IMG/VR virus record: IMGVR_UViG_3300045988_153221
Coordinates: 1-56,746 of that record
Origin: a virus
DNA length: 56,746 nt
Direction: 5' to 3' (one strand)
Part shown: in pieces, positions 9,701 through 18,439 of the stretch
Layout: each line of letters begins with the position of its first letter
Numbering within the stretch: the first letter of the stretch is position 1
Translations under genes and position numbers: made by a program
Notes under the pieces: model-generated
Databases searched by the model: none
What the model was told of the DNA's origin: nothing
Seen by the model: the letters and a program-made list of their open reading frames with translations, nothing else

Positions 9701-11080
9701 AAAGGAACTTGGCTAACTATTAGAGCACAATTAGCAGCAAGTGGAGCAGATACTGCCGATGATATGAAAGATGTTGTAGATAGTATAAATAAAAATCTTG
9801 AAGTAATTGGAGATGTTGATGTATCTGGAAAAGGTGGAGAAACAATTAATGGTTATTTCCAAGAGATATTAAATAGCAAAGATGATAATTTACCTAGAGC
9901 AATTGTTGCATTAAAAGAAGCTGGATATGATATGTCAGATGCTTTAGTAGAGGGAGCAAGTTTAACTGAAACTGAAAAAGCAATTTTAAATAATAATTGG
10001 TCAAATGCTACTCAATTAGATAGTACAACAAGAAGCAGTATAATTCAATCTTTAAAAAATGATGGAGTTACAATAAAAAATGAATATGGAAATTCATTAG
10101 AGTTTACTGATGCAGAAAAGAAAATAATTAGCAAAATTTTAACCGACCCAACGCAAGTAAATGCAGGAGATAAAGCAAAAGTTTTAAGTAAAATAATCGA
10201 ATTTGGTGGAGAGGTAAAAGATGCAGAGGGAAATTCATTAGAATTTACTCAACAAGAAAAAGATACAATTAAAAAAGCATTAGATAGCCCTATGTTATCT
10301 TGGACAGAAAGTGACACGATAATTAATGCTACTACTAAATTTACAGATACAGCTATGAACAATATGATTTCAAATATATATAGCAAAACTTATGCTTCTA
10401 AAGATGCAGGAAAAGATGTTGGAAATGCAGCTGGAGATGGAATTATAACATCTATTCAAGGAAAGACACCAGAAGCTGCAAAATCTGCTCAAACATTAAC
10501 AACAAGTGTAAATAATAGTATGAAAAATAATATTAATACAACAGCAGCAGGAGAACAAGCGGTAAGTCAATTTGATAATGCAATGAACAGAGGAAAATGG
10601 GCAATTACAAATACTGCATCTAGTATTGGTTCTAGTGCTGGAAATAGTTTTTCAGATAGTTTAAAAGTAAATGATGGTTCTTTTAAAAGAAGTTTAAACA
10701 ATGTATTTTCAAGAACTATGCGTAATTTAAAATCAAGAAATAGTGGTCTTTTCTCAGCTTTAGGATTGGTATTACCTTCATTTAACTGGTTTGCTGATGG
10801 TGGTTTCCCAGAAACAGGTCAAATGTTTATCGCAAGAGAAGCAGGACCAGAACTTGTAGGAAATATAGGAAATAAAGCAGCAGTTGCAAACAATGACCAA
10901 ATTGAAGCAGGTATTGCTAAAGCTGCATATCAAGGTGTAAGCCAAGCTATGCAAGAAAATAGAGGAAATGAAAGACAACCAGTAAATGTTTACATTGGAA
11001 ATAAAAAAGTTTACTCTGGATATGGACAATATGTTTCTAGTGAAAACAATATGTATGGTACAAATATAATAAAAGTATAG
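6782..11080 (+). CDS. tail tape measure protein
   Basis: 1432 aa, with central TM-like hydrophobic segments, a Gly-rich stretch and internal GNSLEFT..EK repeats, downstream of the chaperones. Alternative start ATG 6791. Confidence 0.9.
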   Translation: MGNMETTIDEVSIEIGANSQSASSNLENLANSITKLTSVLNSGLKGLSSFSTNLAKVKEITSGFSIDTTGIEKIQTSLSGLTGFSKATNLSSMLTQLQKIPEISKKLSSTEISNFTSKIKELMNALSPLATEMTKVSTAFSALPSNVSKINSALSSTTKTAKQSSGVFSSGLFSGISGLAIKGGLLIATMKRLGSVLGSFVNESNAYIENMNLFTVSMGEAVQKAQKFTDRFSAALGVDPSNVMRYMGMFNTLVEGFGLTNEAAYTMSKNLTQLSYDMSSFLNIPIDQAMQKIKSGISGEIEPMRAIGIALDQATLQETAYTLGIDKKVASMTRAQKTELLYYQIMTKTTKMQGDMARTLITPANALRVLQQQFTLLARAVGNIFIPILTAAIPYIMLITQALTALANMIAKFFGFALPKVDYSSLSDGLGGVSSGIGDIGGSAKKTNKELDRMLNKFDELNVITFDKDSGAGAGGGAGAGGVGGSLGIPLPDYDALTGLAQQKLEKIKKQISKFIDKIKGLWDKVSPILKKFEPLLKGIGAMFLTAFAWGWIAKFLSKFKTMKTVGTLLTSIIGAVKLAISAFSSATTVTGGFAAAISSLWGSFKGYMQALTPMQKFKVSLVAMVGVFVTTYSAIKDFTKGTSDLGTVLLNVVPIITAAGVAMYAMLGPAGLVITAITAVTAGVIAYNKAQKEMADDRALARMFDGQGQSMESVIDYYTKLNDETSKYANTIISAGEDIDSNNEKFDETAVSIENLSSKMSSLFYSATDSDFDSMNSNFQQLGDIAQENLAKMVSGVITNINQLKNLGKIDDENAQKMIDNAIKVQQAQGNKVADLEFKMTQLNTAYRNGNKTQEEYRKEVAELLQEMARLNNGVSEAETKFKSFSDNMNATTLKINLESPEKAKKYIEELSGIYEEQVENIKNSNTQIENYYDNLIAQAEGDTALVKALEEDKTKMMAENQKHLEEIQGDYKGTWLTIRAQLAASGADTADDMKDVVDSINKNLEVIGDVDVSGKGGETINGYFQEILNSKDDNLPRAIVALKEAGYDMSDALVEGASLTETEKAILNNNWSNATQLDSTTRSSIIQSLKNDGVTIKNEYGNSLEFTDAEKKIISKILTDPTQVNAGDKAKVLSKIIEFGGEVKDAEGNSLEFTQQEKDTIKKALDSPMLSWTESDTIINATTKFTDTAMNNMISNIYSKTYASKDAGKDVGNAAGDGIITSIQGKTPEAAKSAQTLTTSVNNSMKNNINTTAAGEQAVSQFDNAMNRGKWAITNTASSIGSSAGNSFSDSLKVNDGSFKRSLNNVFSRTMRNLKSRNSGLFSALGLVLPSFNWFADGGFPETGQMFIAREAGPELVGNIGNKAAVANNDQIEAGIAKAAYQGVSQAMQENRGNERQPVNVYIGNKKVYSGYGQYVSSENNMYGTNIIKV

Positions 11081-11090
11081 GAGGAGAATT

Positions 11091-11474
11091 ATGAGTAATT
11101 TTAAAGGCTGGTATTTTAGGATTGGGAGTTGTTACTTTAATTCTCCTCTTCCTAAAAGAGATGGATTTGAAGTACAACCTCATTTAGTTCAAGTTACAGA
11201 TGCTGGAAGAGTTGCAAGTGGAAAATTAATAATAAAAGAATTACCACATAGACCTACAAAACTAATTATACAATTTCCAGTAATGAAACCAGAACAATTT
11301 AGAACATATTATTCAGTATTAGATAATATGTATTTAAAAGTTGAATATTATAATGAAGATTATGATAGATATGAAACTGCAACAATGTATCACACAGATT
11401 TGACATATAAACCTACTACTTATGAAGGAAGAAGAATGATTGACTTCCAACAATTTAGTTTAATAGAACATTAA
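11091..11474 (+). CDS. putative distal tail protein
   Basis: First ORF after the tape measure, with RBS GGAGG. Position-based. Confidence 0.45.
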   Translation: MSNFKGWYFRIGSCYFNSPLPKRDGFEVQPHLVQVTDAGRVASGKLIIKELPHRPTKLIIQFPVMKPEQFRTYYSVLDNMYLKVEYYNEDYDRYETATMYHTDLTYKPTTYEGRRMIDFQQFSLIEH

Positions 11475-11484
11475 GGAGGGAATT

Positions 11485-14193
11485 ATGTATAATTTTTCTA
11501 ATGAAGCTAAAATTAGAGTATTAAGTGGAAAAGTAACAAGGGGATATTTAAAAGTTTTAGCAACTGATACAAAACCAGAAATGATTATAGATGAAAATAA
11601 TTATTTAAAAGATTGCACATTTGAAGAATTACGATATGTTCCTGATGAAGGTTTTATTGGAGGTACAGTTGCAAAAAGAGTAACAGGTAATTTTAACAAT
11701 GTGGATAGCTCTTTTAGCATACAAGATAGAGAATTTGAATTGTATCTAGGTGTAGATTTAGAAGATGGAACTACTGAATATATAAAGTATGGAACTTTTA
11801 TAGTACAAAAGCCAGAAAATGACCAAGTAAATGATAATACTTCTTTTGAAGCACTAGATTATATGATAAAGCTAAATTTACCTTGGGTTGATAGAATGAC
11901 ATACCCTTGCACATTAAAAGAGTTATTTGATGACCTTGTGGCTCAATCAGGACTATCTACAAAAGTAACTTCATTTTTAAATCAAAATTTTATTGTAGAA
12001 AATAATCAATTTGAAGAAGGAACTACTAGAAGAGAGGTTTTAAAAGCAATAGCACAAATAGCTTTTAATTGGGCTAGAATAGATGAAGATAATGATATAG
12101 TTATGGATTTTGAGAAAAAAGATGAAGTTGCAGAAACATTAACTGCTGATAATTATTACAATTTAAAAAAACAAGATATGTATGGTCCAATAAATGTAAT
12201 TATTTTAAGAAATAGTCAAGTAGAAGGAGAAAACGTAACAATTAGAGATGAAAAAAGTATTGCTCAATATGGAGAAACAGAACTTGTTATTTCTGATAAT
12301 CCATTTGCTTATACTCAATCAAAGAGAGCAAAATTAATAGAAGCTGGAAGAATTTTGTTTGGATTGACTTATATTCCAATGTCAATGGATATGATAGGAT
12401 ATATGTATCTAAATTGCAAAGATAAAATAAAGGCAACAAATTTAAATAACGAAACATTTGAAACATATTTATTAAATCATACAATAGAATATACTGGTAC
12501 AATTTCTGATAGTATGGAAGCTCCTGCTGCGACAAAGACAGAAACTAAATACCAATTTACTCCACAAATGATAGAAGCATTAAAACATACTGAACTACTG
12601 ATTGATAAAGCAAATCAAAGAATAACAGAAGTTATAGAAAAGCAAACTGATTTTAGTAATGAACTAACAAAACAAGAAGCAAGTTTAAGTGGAATTTCTC
12701 AACAAGTATCAAAGATATATGATTTTAAGAAGTCAGTAAAAGGAATTGACGAAATAGTATTAGAAGATGCTTTACCAACAAATATATTAAAGTTTGAAGC
12801 TATTGCAAAAAATGTAGTAGGAATGTATCCAAAAAAAACACTTTATCCAAGTCCAGAATTATATCCTAAAAAAGGTGGAGCTACATTAACATTAGTATTT
12901 GGTAGAACAAGTAGAGGTTCAATACCTGACCCTATATTACCTAAAAAAACACTTTATCCAAGTTCGACATTATATCCTAGAGCTGATGGAAGTTATATAA
13001 GAGAATATAGTTTTTATATAGCTAATCCATTAAGAGAATATTTAGGAAAACACGACATATTCAGAGTTGAAAATGACACAGAAAAAGGTATAACTGTTGT
13101 CAAAGTAATAAGGTATGTAAAATATGAAAACGGACAATATGGTTTATATGACGAACCAATAGAAGAGATAATAGATGACACTCAACAATTACAATTATTT
13201 AAAGGCAACAACTTCGTTTACATTAAAGAATTTACAGATTGGGATATTTCAGCAGATTATATTTTTAACAATGAATTAAACAAGCAATATGCTCCAAGAG
13301 TTGAAACAAACGCAAACATAAAAACATTAAATAATGAAATAGAATTAAAAGTATCTGAAAAAGTAGGAAAAGATGAAGTAATAACAGCTATTAACTTAAC
13401 ACCTGAAAAAGCAAAAATAAAATCAAAGAACTTAGAACTTGAAGGAATTACAACAATTAACGGTGGATTTTCAATAGACGAAAAAGGAAATGCAAGTATA
13501 GCAAATGATACCGTAAAAATAAACGAAAAAGGTATTCAGTTGGCAGATGGTGCTTCTCTAGTTGGTGGCGAAGGTTTAATAACAAATTTACAATTTTATG
13601 GCAAAGTTACTCATGTTTATGGTGCCATGAACACAGAAGGATATTATGATGCGTTAGGATTTGAAGTTGACGAACTTACCGCTGGTGCTTGCGTTGCAAC
13701 TTCATGTACAATATCTGCCGATTTGCCAAAGAACTTTACAGTAGTAAGTGCATATGTAACTATAAAACATTATCCTACAAAATTTTATTTTAATAATAAT
13801 CATGGTTGGGGATATTCAAGAAAATTAAAATTATATCAAAGAAGTTCATCAAGTATGTATAGAGAATATAATATATTTGGAGGTGCACTAATTCCTAGTA
13901 ATTATGGAATAGAAGTACCTAATGCTTTTGGAGAAGAAAATTTTACACCATCAATTCCAAATGATACTTCACAAAAAGTTGATATAGTAACAAGCATTGA
14001 TTTAACTGAATATTTAAGTTCAGAAACAAATTACCAAAGCGATTTTATCATAAGAAGTTCTGATACTCCACCAGCATATACTGGCGACCAATCGACAGGA
14101 ATTGATTATGTGAATTGCGGATATAAAACTGGTATGGTAATGGCAGTATTAAATGTTTATGGATATTTAAGATTAGAAAATAAGGAGGAATAG
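11485..14193 (+). CDS. tail tip / baseplate structural protein (Tal-like)
   Basis: 902 aa, second gene after the tape measure. It contains an internal duplicated motif PKKTLYPS(P/S)xLYP. Confidence 0.55.
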   Translation: MYNFSNEAKIRVLSGKVTRGYLKVLATDTKPEMIIDENNYLKDCTFEELRYVPDEGFIGGTVAKRVTGNFNNVDSSFSIQDREFELYLGVDLEDGTTEYIKYGTFIVQKPENDQVNDNTSFEALDYMIKLNLPWVDRMTYPCTLKELFDDLVAQSGLSTKVTSFLNQNFIVENNQFEEGTTRREVLKAIAQIAFNWARIDEDNDIVMDFEKKDEVAETLTADNYYNLKKQDMYGPINVIILRNSQVEGENVTIRDEKSIAQYGETELVISDNPFAYTQSKRAKLIEAGRILFGLTYIPMSMDMIGYMYLNCKDKIKATNLNNETFETYLLNHTIEYTGTISDSMEAPAATKTETKYQFTPQMIEALKHTELLIDKANQRITEVIEKQTDFSNELTKQEASLSGISQQVSKIYDFKKSVKGIDEIVLEDALPTNILKFEAIAKNVVGMYPKKTLYPSPELYPKKGGATLTLVFGRTSRGSIPDPILPKKTLYPSSTLYPRADGSYIREYSFYIANPLREYLGKHDIFRVENDTEKGITVVKVIRYVKYENGQYGLYDEPIEEIIDDTQQLQLFKGNNFVYIKEFTDWDISADYIFNNELNKQYAPRVETNANIKTLNNEIELKVSEKVGKDEVITAINLTPEKAKIKSKNLELEGITTINGGFSIDEKGNASIANDTVKINEKGIQLADGASLVGGEGLITNLQFYGKVTHVYGAMNTEGYYDALGFEVDELTAGACVATSCTISADLPKNFTVVSAYVTIKHYPTKFYFNNNHGWGYSRKLKLYQRSSSSMYREYNIFGGALIPSNYGIEVPNAFGEENFTPSIPNDTSQKVDIVTSIDLTEYLSSETNYQSDFIIRSSDTPPAYTGDQSTGIDYVNCGYKTGMVMAVLNVYGYLRLENKEE

Positions 14194-14196
14194 AAT

Positions 14197-14757
14197 ATGG
14201 CTATTAACTTAGACAATATTACAATAAATAGAATAGGGTGGAAAGATGACCCTGATACAAGTACACCACTTGATAGTGGAAATTTAAAAGAAATGGAAAA
14301 TAATGCAGAAAGTGGAATAAATAAACTAAAAACAAATGTACAAACAGCATTTACAGATTTATTAAAATTAGTATTCCCCATTGGTTCAACATATATAACT
14401 CAAGACAACACAGACCCAAAATTAATCTTAGGCTTTGGAACTTGGGAAAGATTAAAAGGAAGAGTTTGTTTAGGTTTAGATGAAGATGATACAGATTTGA
14501 ACACAATTGGAAATGTAGGCGGAGAAAAGAAACACACATTAACCGTACAAGAGATGCCTCGACACAAGCATAATTTTCAAGAAAGTGGCAGAGTCGTTTA
14601 TTGGGATGCGGGATTAACTCCGATGGGAGGATTAACAACAGGGTCAAATGTTCAAGTTACATATAGCTCTAATACAAAAGATAGTGGTGGTAATCAATCG
14701 CACAATAATATGCAACCATATGAAGTAGTAGGATATATGTGGATTAGAAAATCTTAA
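14197..14757 (+). CDS. tail fibre / baseplate protein with tail-collar-like domain
   Basis: The motifs ...GGEKKHTLTVQEMPRHKH... and ...GGNQSHNNMQPYEVVGYMW... resemble phage tail collar domain proteins. Confidence 0.6.
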   Translation: MAINLDNITINRIGWKDDPDTSTPLDSGNLKEMENNAESGINKLKTNVQTAFTDLLKLVFPIGSTYITQDNTDPKLILGFGTWERLKGRVCLGLDEDDTDLNTIGNVGGEKKHTLTVQEMPRHKHNFQESGRVVYWDAGLTPMGGLTTGSNVQVTYSSNTKDSGGNQSHNNMQPYEVVGYMWIRKS

Positions 14758-14784
14758 TTAATACATAAAGATAGAAATAACTAC

Positions 14785-14813
14785 TAGACAAAAACAAAAA
14801 AAACAGGTATAAT
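14785..14813 (+). promoter_or_regulatory. sigma-70-like promoter TAGACA-N17-TATAAT
   Basis: Lies in the 87-bp gap before the XhlA-like gene. Spacing counted by hand. Confidence 0.45.
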
Positions 14814-14844
14814 AAATATATATAATTTAATAGGAGAATTTCAA

Positions 14845-15138
14845 ATGGATATTAATGAAAGAGTAGACCAATTAGACAACAGAATGTCTAAAATAGAAGA
14901 AAAAATTAATACTTCTATTCCTGAAATTCAATCTGGAATTCGAGAGATTAAAATTTTATTACAAGAAAGACCAATTCAAGAGCAATTAAAAAATGATATT
15001 CTTGAGAAAGATATTTTAAGTCTTGAAAGCAGAGTGAAAAAAATTGAGGATAATCAAAGTTGGCTGTGGAAAACAGTTGTTGGAGCAATAATAACAGTAG
15101 TTGTAGGAGCAATAGTTTTTACAGTTAAAATGATGTAA
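14845..15138 (+). CDS. xhlA: XhlA-like (haemolysin XhlA family) lysis-associated membrane protein
   Basis: 97 aa with an N-terminal coiled coil and a single C-terminal TM (WLWKTVVGAIITVVVGAIVFTV), the same architecture as PBSX XhlA. Confidence 0.6.
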   Translation: MDINERVDQLDNRMSKIEEKINTSIPEIQSGIREIKILLQERPIQEQLKNDILEKDILSLESRVKKIEDNQSWLWKTVVGAIITVVVGAIVFTVKMM

Positions 15139-15150
15139 TAGGTATTTAAT

Positions 15151-15708
15151 ATGGATTTATTAGAAATATTTTTAGGGCAAATACCAGAAACAATTTATTT
15201 TGCATTATTTATGATGTTTGCAAAAGATTTAAAAGAGAAGAGAATATTATATATTTTATTAATGGTTATAGAATATTTATTATTGAAACATTTTATAAAA
15301 TATAATATGTGGTTTCAGATATTATATACAATAATGCAATTTGTGATATTGAAAATTTTATATAAAGAAAAATCACAAATAACAGATATATTTACATTTA
15401 CGATAGCAAGTATAATATTGATACTATCTTGTTCAGTTTTATATTTTATAATTTGGGAAACTATAAATAATTTTATTATATATGTGATTTTAAATAGACT
15501 TTTATTGATATTATTTTTGATAATATTTCATAATAAACTTTATAAAATCCAAAAATTATATAAGAGATTATGGAATAGAAATGATAAAAACAAAAATAAA
15601 ATAAAATCCACAACTTTTAGAGCAATTAATGTCGTTATATTTAATATTATATTTTATATAATAAATTTAGGAATGTTGTTTATAATATTTCAAAATGGAG
15701 GTGTTTAA
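15151..15708 (+). CDS. polytopic membrane protein (5-6 TM), function unknown
   Basis: 185 aa, strongly hydrophobic with periodic K/R-rich loops. First gene of the agr-like cluster. Confidence 0.6.
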   Translation: MDLLEIFLGQIPETIYFALFMMFAKDLKEKRILYILLMVIEYLLLKHFIKYNMWFQILYTIMQFVILKILYKEKSQITDIFTFTIASIILILSCSVLYFIIWETINNFIIYVILNRLLLILFLIIFHNKLYKIQKLYKRLWNRNDKNKNKIKSTTFRAINVVIFNIIFYIINLGMLFIIFQNGGV

Positions 15709-15709
15709 T

Positions 15710-15763
15710 ATGGGTGGCTGGGATAGCTGGTTTTGGATTTTTGATGCAAAAGATGGAGAGTAA
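15710..15763 (+). CDS. 17-codon small ORF MGGWDSWFWIFDAKDGE (candidate signalling/pro-peptide)
   Basis: ATG lies 6 nt after a strong GGAGGTG RBS. The ORF exactly fills the gap between two membrane-protein genes. It has an aromatic core and an acidic tail. Confidence 0.35.
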   Translation: MGGWDSWFWIFDAKDGE

Positions 15764-15766
15764 GAT

Positions 15767-16336
15767 ATGGAGAAATTTAAATATATTTTTAGTAGTTTAA
15801 TTTTTAATATTGCAGAAACAATCCTAATTTTCTTGATAGGCAAACTATTATGTTTGCCTACCAATCATATTATAACAATTATGCTATGTTTTATGTTAAG
15901 TAGAGGTTGTTTTGGCAAAGCATTACATTTTAAAACTTGGTATCGTTGCTTAGTTTGGAGCTCACTCATATTATTAAGTTTATTTTTAATTTTAAAAGTA
16001 GATTTAATAATATCAATTTTATTTACCATATTTGCAGCATTTATAATGACTGGAAAATCTAATATAAATGATATGTATTTATGGAAACCTAATAATGAAA
16101 GTAAATATTCTGATATAGAAGAATACATTAAATATCATGAATATGATGATGAATTAATAGAATTTGAAGATAAAGTAAAGAAAAGAGATAGTAAACTTTA
16201 TTTAATTTATAAATATAGATTTAAAGACCATAAAACATTTAGTGAAATATCCGAACTTCTCGATATACCTACTAATAGAATTACAGAAGAATTGGATAAA
16301 GTAGCTTTTAGTTTAAGAATTTATTGCAAAATATAA
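15767..16336 (+). CDS. membrane protein with AgrB-like His/Cys motif fused to a C-terminal HTH
   Basis: N-terminal TM segments carry SRGCFGKALHFKTWYRC, with His-to-Cys spacing +7 as recalled for AgrB H77/C84. The C-terminus FSEISELLDIPTNRITEELDKVAFSLR resembles sigma-70 region 4. Confidence 0.55.
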   Translation: MEKFKYIFSSLIFNIAETILIFLIGKLLCLPTNHIITIMLCFMLSRGCFGKALHFKTWYRCLVWSSLILLSLFLILKVDLIISILFTIFAAFIMTGKSNINDMYLWKPNNESKYSDIEEYIKYHEYDDELIEFEDKVKKRDSKLYLIYKYRFKDHKTFSEISELLDIPTNRITEELDKVAFSLRIYCKI

Positions 16337-16338
16337 AA

Positions 16339-16366
16339 TCAGTTTTTAACTGGTTTTATTTTTTTT
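16339..16366 (+). terminator. weak rho-independent terminator
   Basis: Short hairpin cagtt-ttt-aactg followed by a T-run (ttttatttttttt). Confidence 0.45.
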
Positions 16367-16513
16367 GACTTTTTTATTATACACCGTGTAGAGAAAATAT
16401 TTTTAAATAGATATAATGGTGTCAGAAAGGAGATAAATATAAATTAATATCTGGTTGCCTATTACTGGAAAATTTGTGTTTATCTCTATTCATTTTAATA
16501 GGAGGGGTATAAT

Positions 16514-17008
16514 ATGTATAATAATTACCCAGTATATGGAAATAATCAAATGTATATGCAAGATTTACAAAATATGAGAGATAGAATTGATATGCAAATG
16601 AGGCAAATGCAACAAACTCAAACTCCAAATCAAGGTCAACAAACTCCATCAATAAATCAAACATTTCAATTAAGTAATCCTCAACAAAATGCTAATGATT
16701 TTGATGGGAAATATACAAATAATATTGATGAAGTAAAAAATACTTTAACACTAAAAAATACATTATTTGTAAATAAAGAAATGAATACATTATGGCTAAA
16801 AGATACAGCTGGAAATATAAAAACTTATTCTTTAAAAGAAGTTATTGAATTAGATGAAAAAGATAAAATGATTATTGACCTTCAAAAACAAATAGAAGAT
16901 TTGAAAGGAGTTGTTTTAAATGCAAAATCCGATGTTAAATATGATGATGCAAATGTTGCAAAGCAGAAATCCACAAATGTTTCAAATGATAAATCAAGCA
17001 AAAAATAA
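16514..17008 (+). CDS. Q/N/M-rich hypothetical protein
   Basis: Track ORF with RBS GGAGGGG. Its 3' 89 nt overlap the next ORF in another frame. Confidence 0.55.
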   Translation: MYNNYPVYGNNQMYMQDLQNMRDRIDMQMRQMQQTQTPNQGQQTPSINQTFQLSNPQQNANDFDGKYTNNIDEVKNTLTLKNTLFVNKEMNTLWLKDTAGNIKTYSLKEVIELDEKDKMIIDLQKQIEDLKGVVLNAKSDVKYDDANVAKQKSTNVSNDKSSKK

Positions 17009-17144
17009 TGGTACAAATCCACAAGATATGCTAAAACAAATGGTAGGAAATTCAAACCCTGAACAAATGCAAAATATTATTCAGCAAGCAAAATCAATGG
17101 GTTGTCCTGATGATATATTAAATCAATTACAAAATTTAAAATAA
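16920..17144 (+). CDS. Q/M/N-rich small protein
   Basis: ATG follows AAAGGAG. The composition matches the N-terminus of the upstream ORF. Confidence 0.55.
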   Translation: MQNPMLNMMMQMLQSRNPQMFQMINQAKNNGTNPQDMLKQMVGNSNPEQMQNIIQQAKSMGCPDDILNQLQNLK

Positions 17145-17203
17145 GGTAATATGTTCTTAATTGGACTTATTATAGATATTTTAAAAGAAAGGAGGAATAT
17201 ATT

Positions 17204-17884
17204 ATGGATACAATGCCTTTAACTGCTGCTGATGTCGGAGCTGTTGTTGGAAACAATAGAGGTTACAATGATGGTTATGGTGCTTGGGGTGGAGAATGGT
17301 TTTGGATTATTATAATATTATTTGCTTTCTGGGGAAATAATGGTTGGGGAAACAATAGAAACAACGAAGTTGATATTGATACTCGTTTCTTGGAGAGAGA
17401 TATATTTAATACTAACCAAAATGTTTCTAATACAGGTTGCCAAACTCAAAGAGATGTATTAGAAAATAGATATACAACTCAATTAGGTTTAGCAAATCTA
17501 GGAGCTCAAACACAAAATTGTTGTTGTGAAACTCAAAAAGAAATCCTACAAAACAGATATGACAATGCTTTACAAACTCAAACATTGTCTAGTCAATTAG
17601 CACAATGTTGTTGCGATTTAAGAGCCGAAAGTCTTGCTAATACTCAAAAAATATTAGATAAAATGTGTGAAAATGAAATTAATACATTGAGAACTGATTT
17701 ACAATCTGCTCAATTACAAATTTCTCAATTATCACAAACTTCTAATATTGTAAATTCGTTAAGACCTACACCAATTCCAGCATATTTAACATGTTCTCCA
17801 TACGAAAGTGCTTTCTATGGAAGATTTGGAAATTTTGGAAATTGTGGTTGCGGCTGTGGTTGTGGAAACACTACAATTATATAG
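17204..17884 (+). CDS. Cys-rich membrane-anchored protein with internal repeats
   Basis: 226 aa. It has a Gly/aromatic N-terminus plus a TM (GYNDGYGAWGGEWFWIIIILFAFWG), two TQ(R/K)(D/E)(V/I)L(E/Q)NRY repeats, CCC triplets and a C-terminal GNCGCGCGCGN. Confidence 0.7.
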   Translation: MDTMPLTAADVGAVVGNNRGYNDGYGAWGGEWFWIIIILFAFWGNNGWGNNRNNEVDIDTRFLERDIFNTNQNVSNTGCQTQRDVLENRYTTQLGLANLGAQTQNCCCETQKEILQNRYDNALQTQTLSSQLAQCCCDLRAESLANTQKILDKMCENEINTLRTDLQSAQLQISQLSQTSNIVNSLRPTPIPAYLTCSPYESAFYGRFGNFGNCGCGCGCGNTTII

Positions 17885-17931
17885 CAAATGCCAATAAGGT
17901 ATCTCGATTACGAGAACTTGCTATTTTTAAA

Positions 17932-17963
17932 AGAGATAGATAAGTTCTATCTCTATTTTTTTT
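17932..17963 (+). terminator. rho-independent terminator
   Basis: agagatag-ataagtt-ctatctct hairpin plus T8. Confidence 0.7.
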
Positions 17964-17979
17964 ACAAGGAGGAATAAAA

Positions 17980-18429
17980 ATGGGAAATTATATAGGAACA
18001 ATTAATTCAGTTCAAGAACCTGCTATAACATTAGCAAATAATTCATCTAATATTGCTCTTTCTACTGATGTTGTTAGAACTAGAAGTGCAAACTGTTGTG
18101 GGTGGTTAAATCATTCAACAGGAAGTACACAATATCAAATAACTAAAGCAGGAATATATGAGATTATGTTTAATACAAATGTAACAAGTGCTACAGCTGG
18201 AAAAATTGCATTAGGAATTAAAGCAAATGGAGAGTTATTAAGTGGAACTGAAATGGACACAACCGTTGCTGCAAATGTATTTACAAATGTTTCTGCCAAT
18301 AGACAAATTAGAGTTTGTTGCGATGGAAGTACAACAATAACAGTTGGAAGTTTACCAACATCTGAAGCAGATGCAACTCAAATACCTATTATAAAAAATG
18401 CTTCTCTAATAATTAAAAAAATTGCATAA
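17980..18429 (+). CDS. hypothetical protein, possibly BclA-C/C1q-like jelly-roll
   Basis: 149 aa. The pattern ...AGIYEIMFNTNVTSATAGKIALGIKANGELLSGTE... resembles BclA C-terminal/C1q-type domains. There are no collagen repeats. Confidence 0.65.
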   Translation: MGNYIGTINSVQEPAITLANNSSNIALSTDVVRTRSANCCGWLNHSTGSTQYQITKAGIYEIMFNTNVTSATAGKIALGIKANGELLSGTEMDTTVAANVFTNVSANRQIRVCCDGSTTITVGSLPTSEADATQIPIIKNASLIIKKIA

Positions 18430-18439
18430 ATAATTCATT

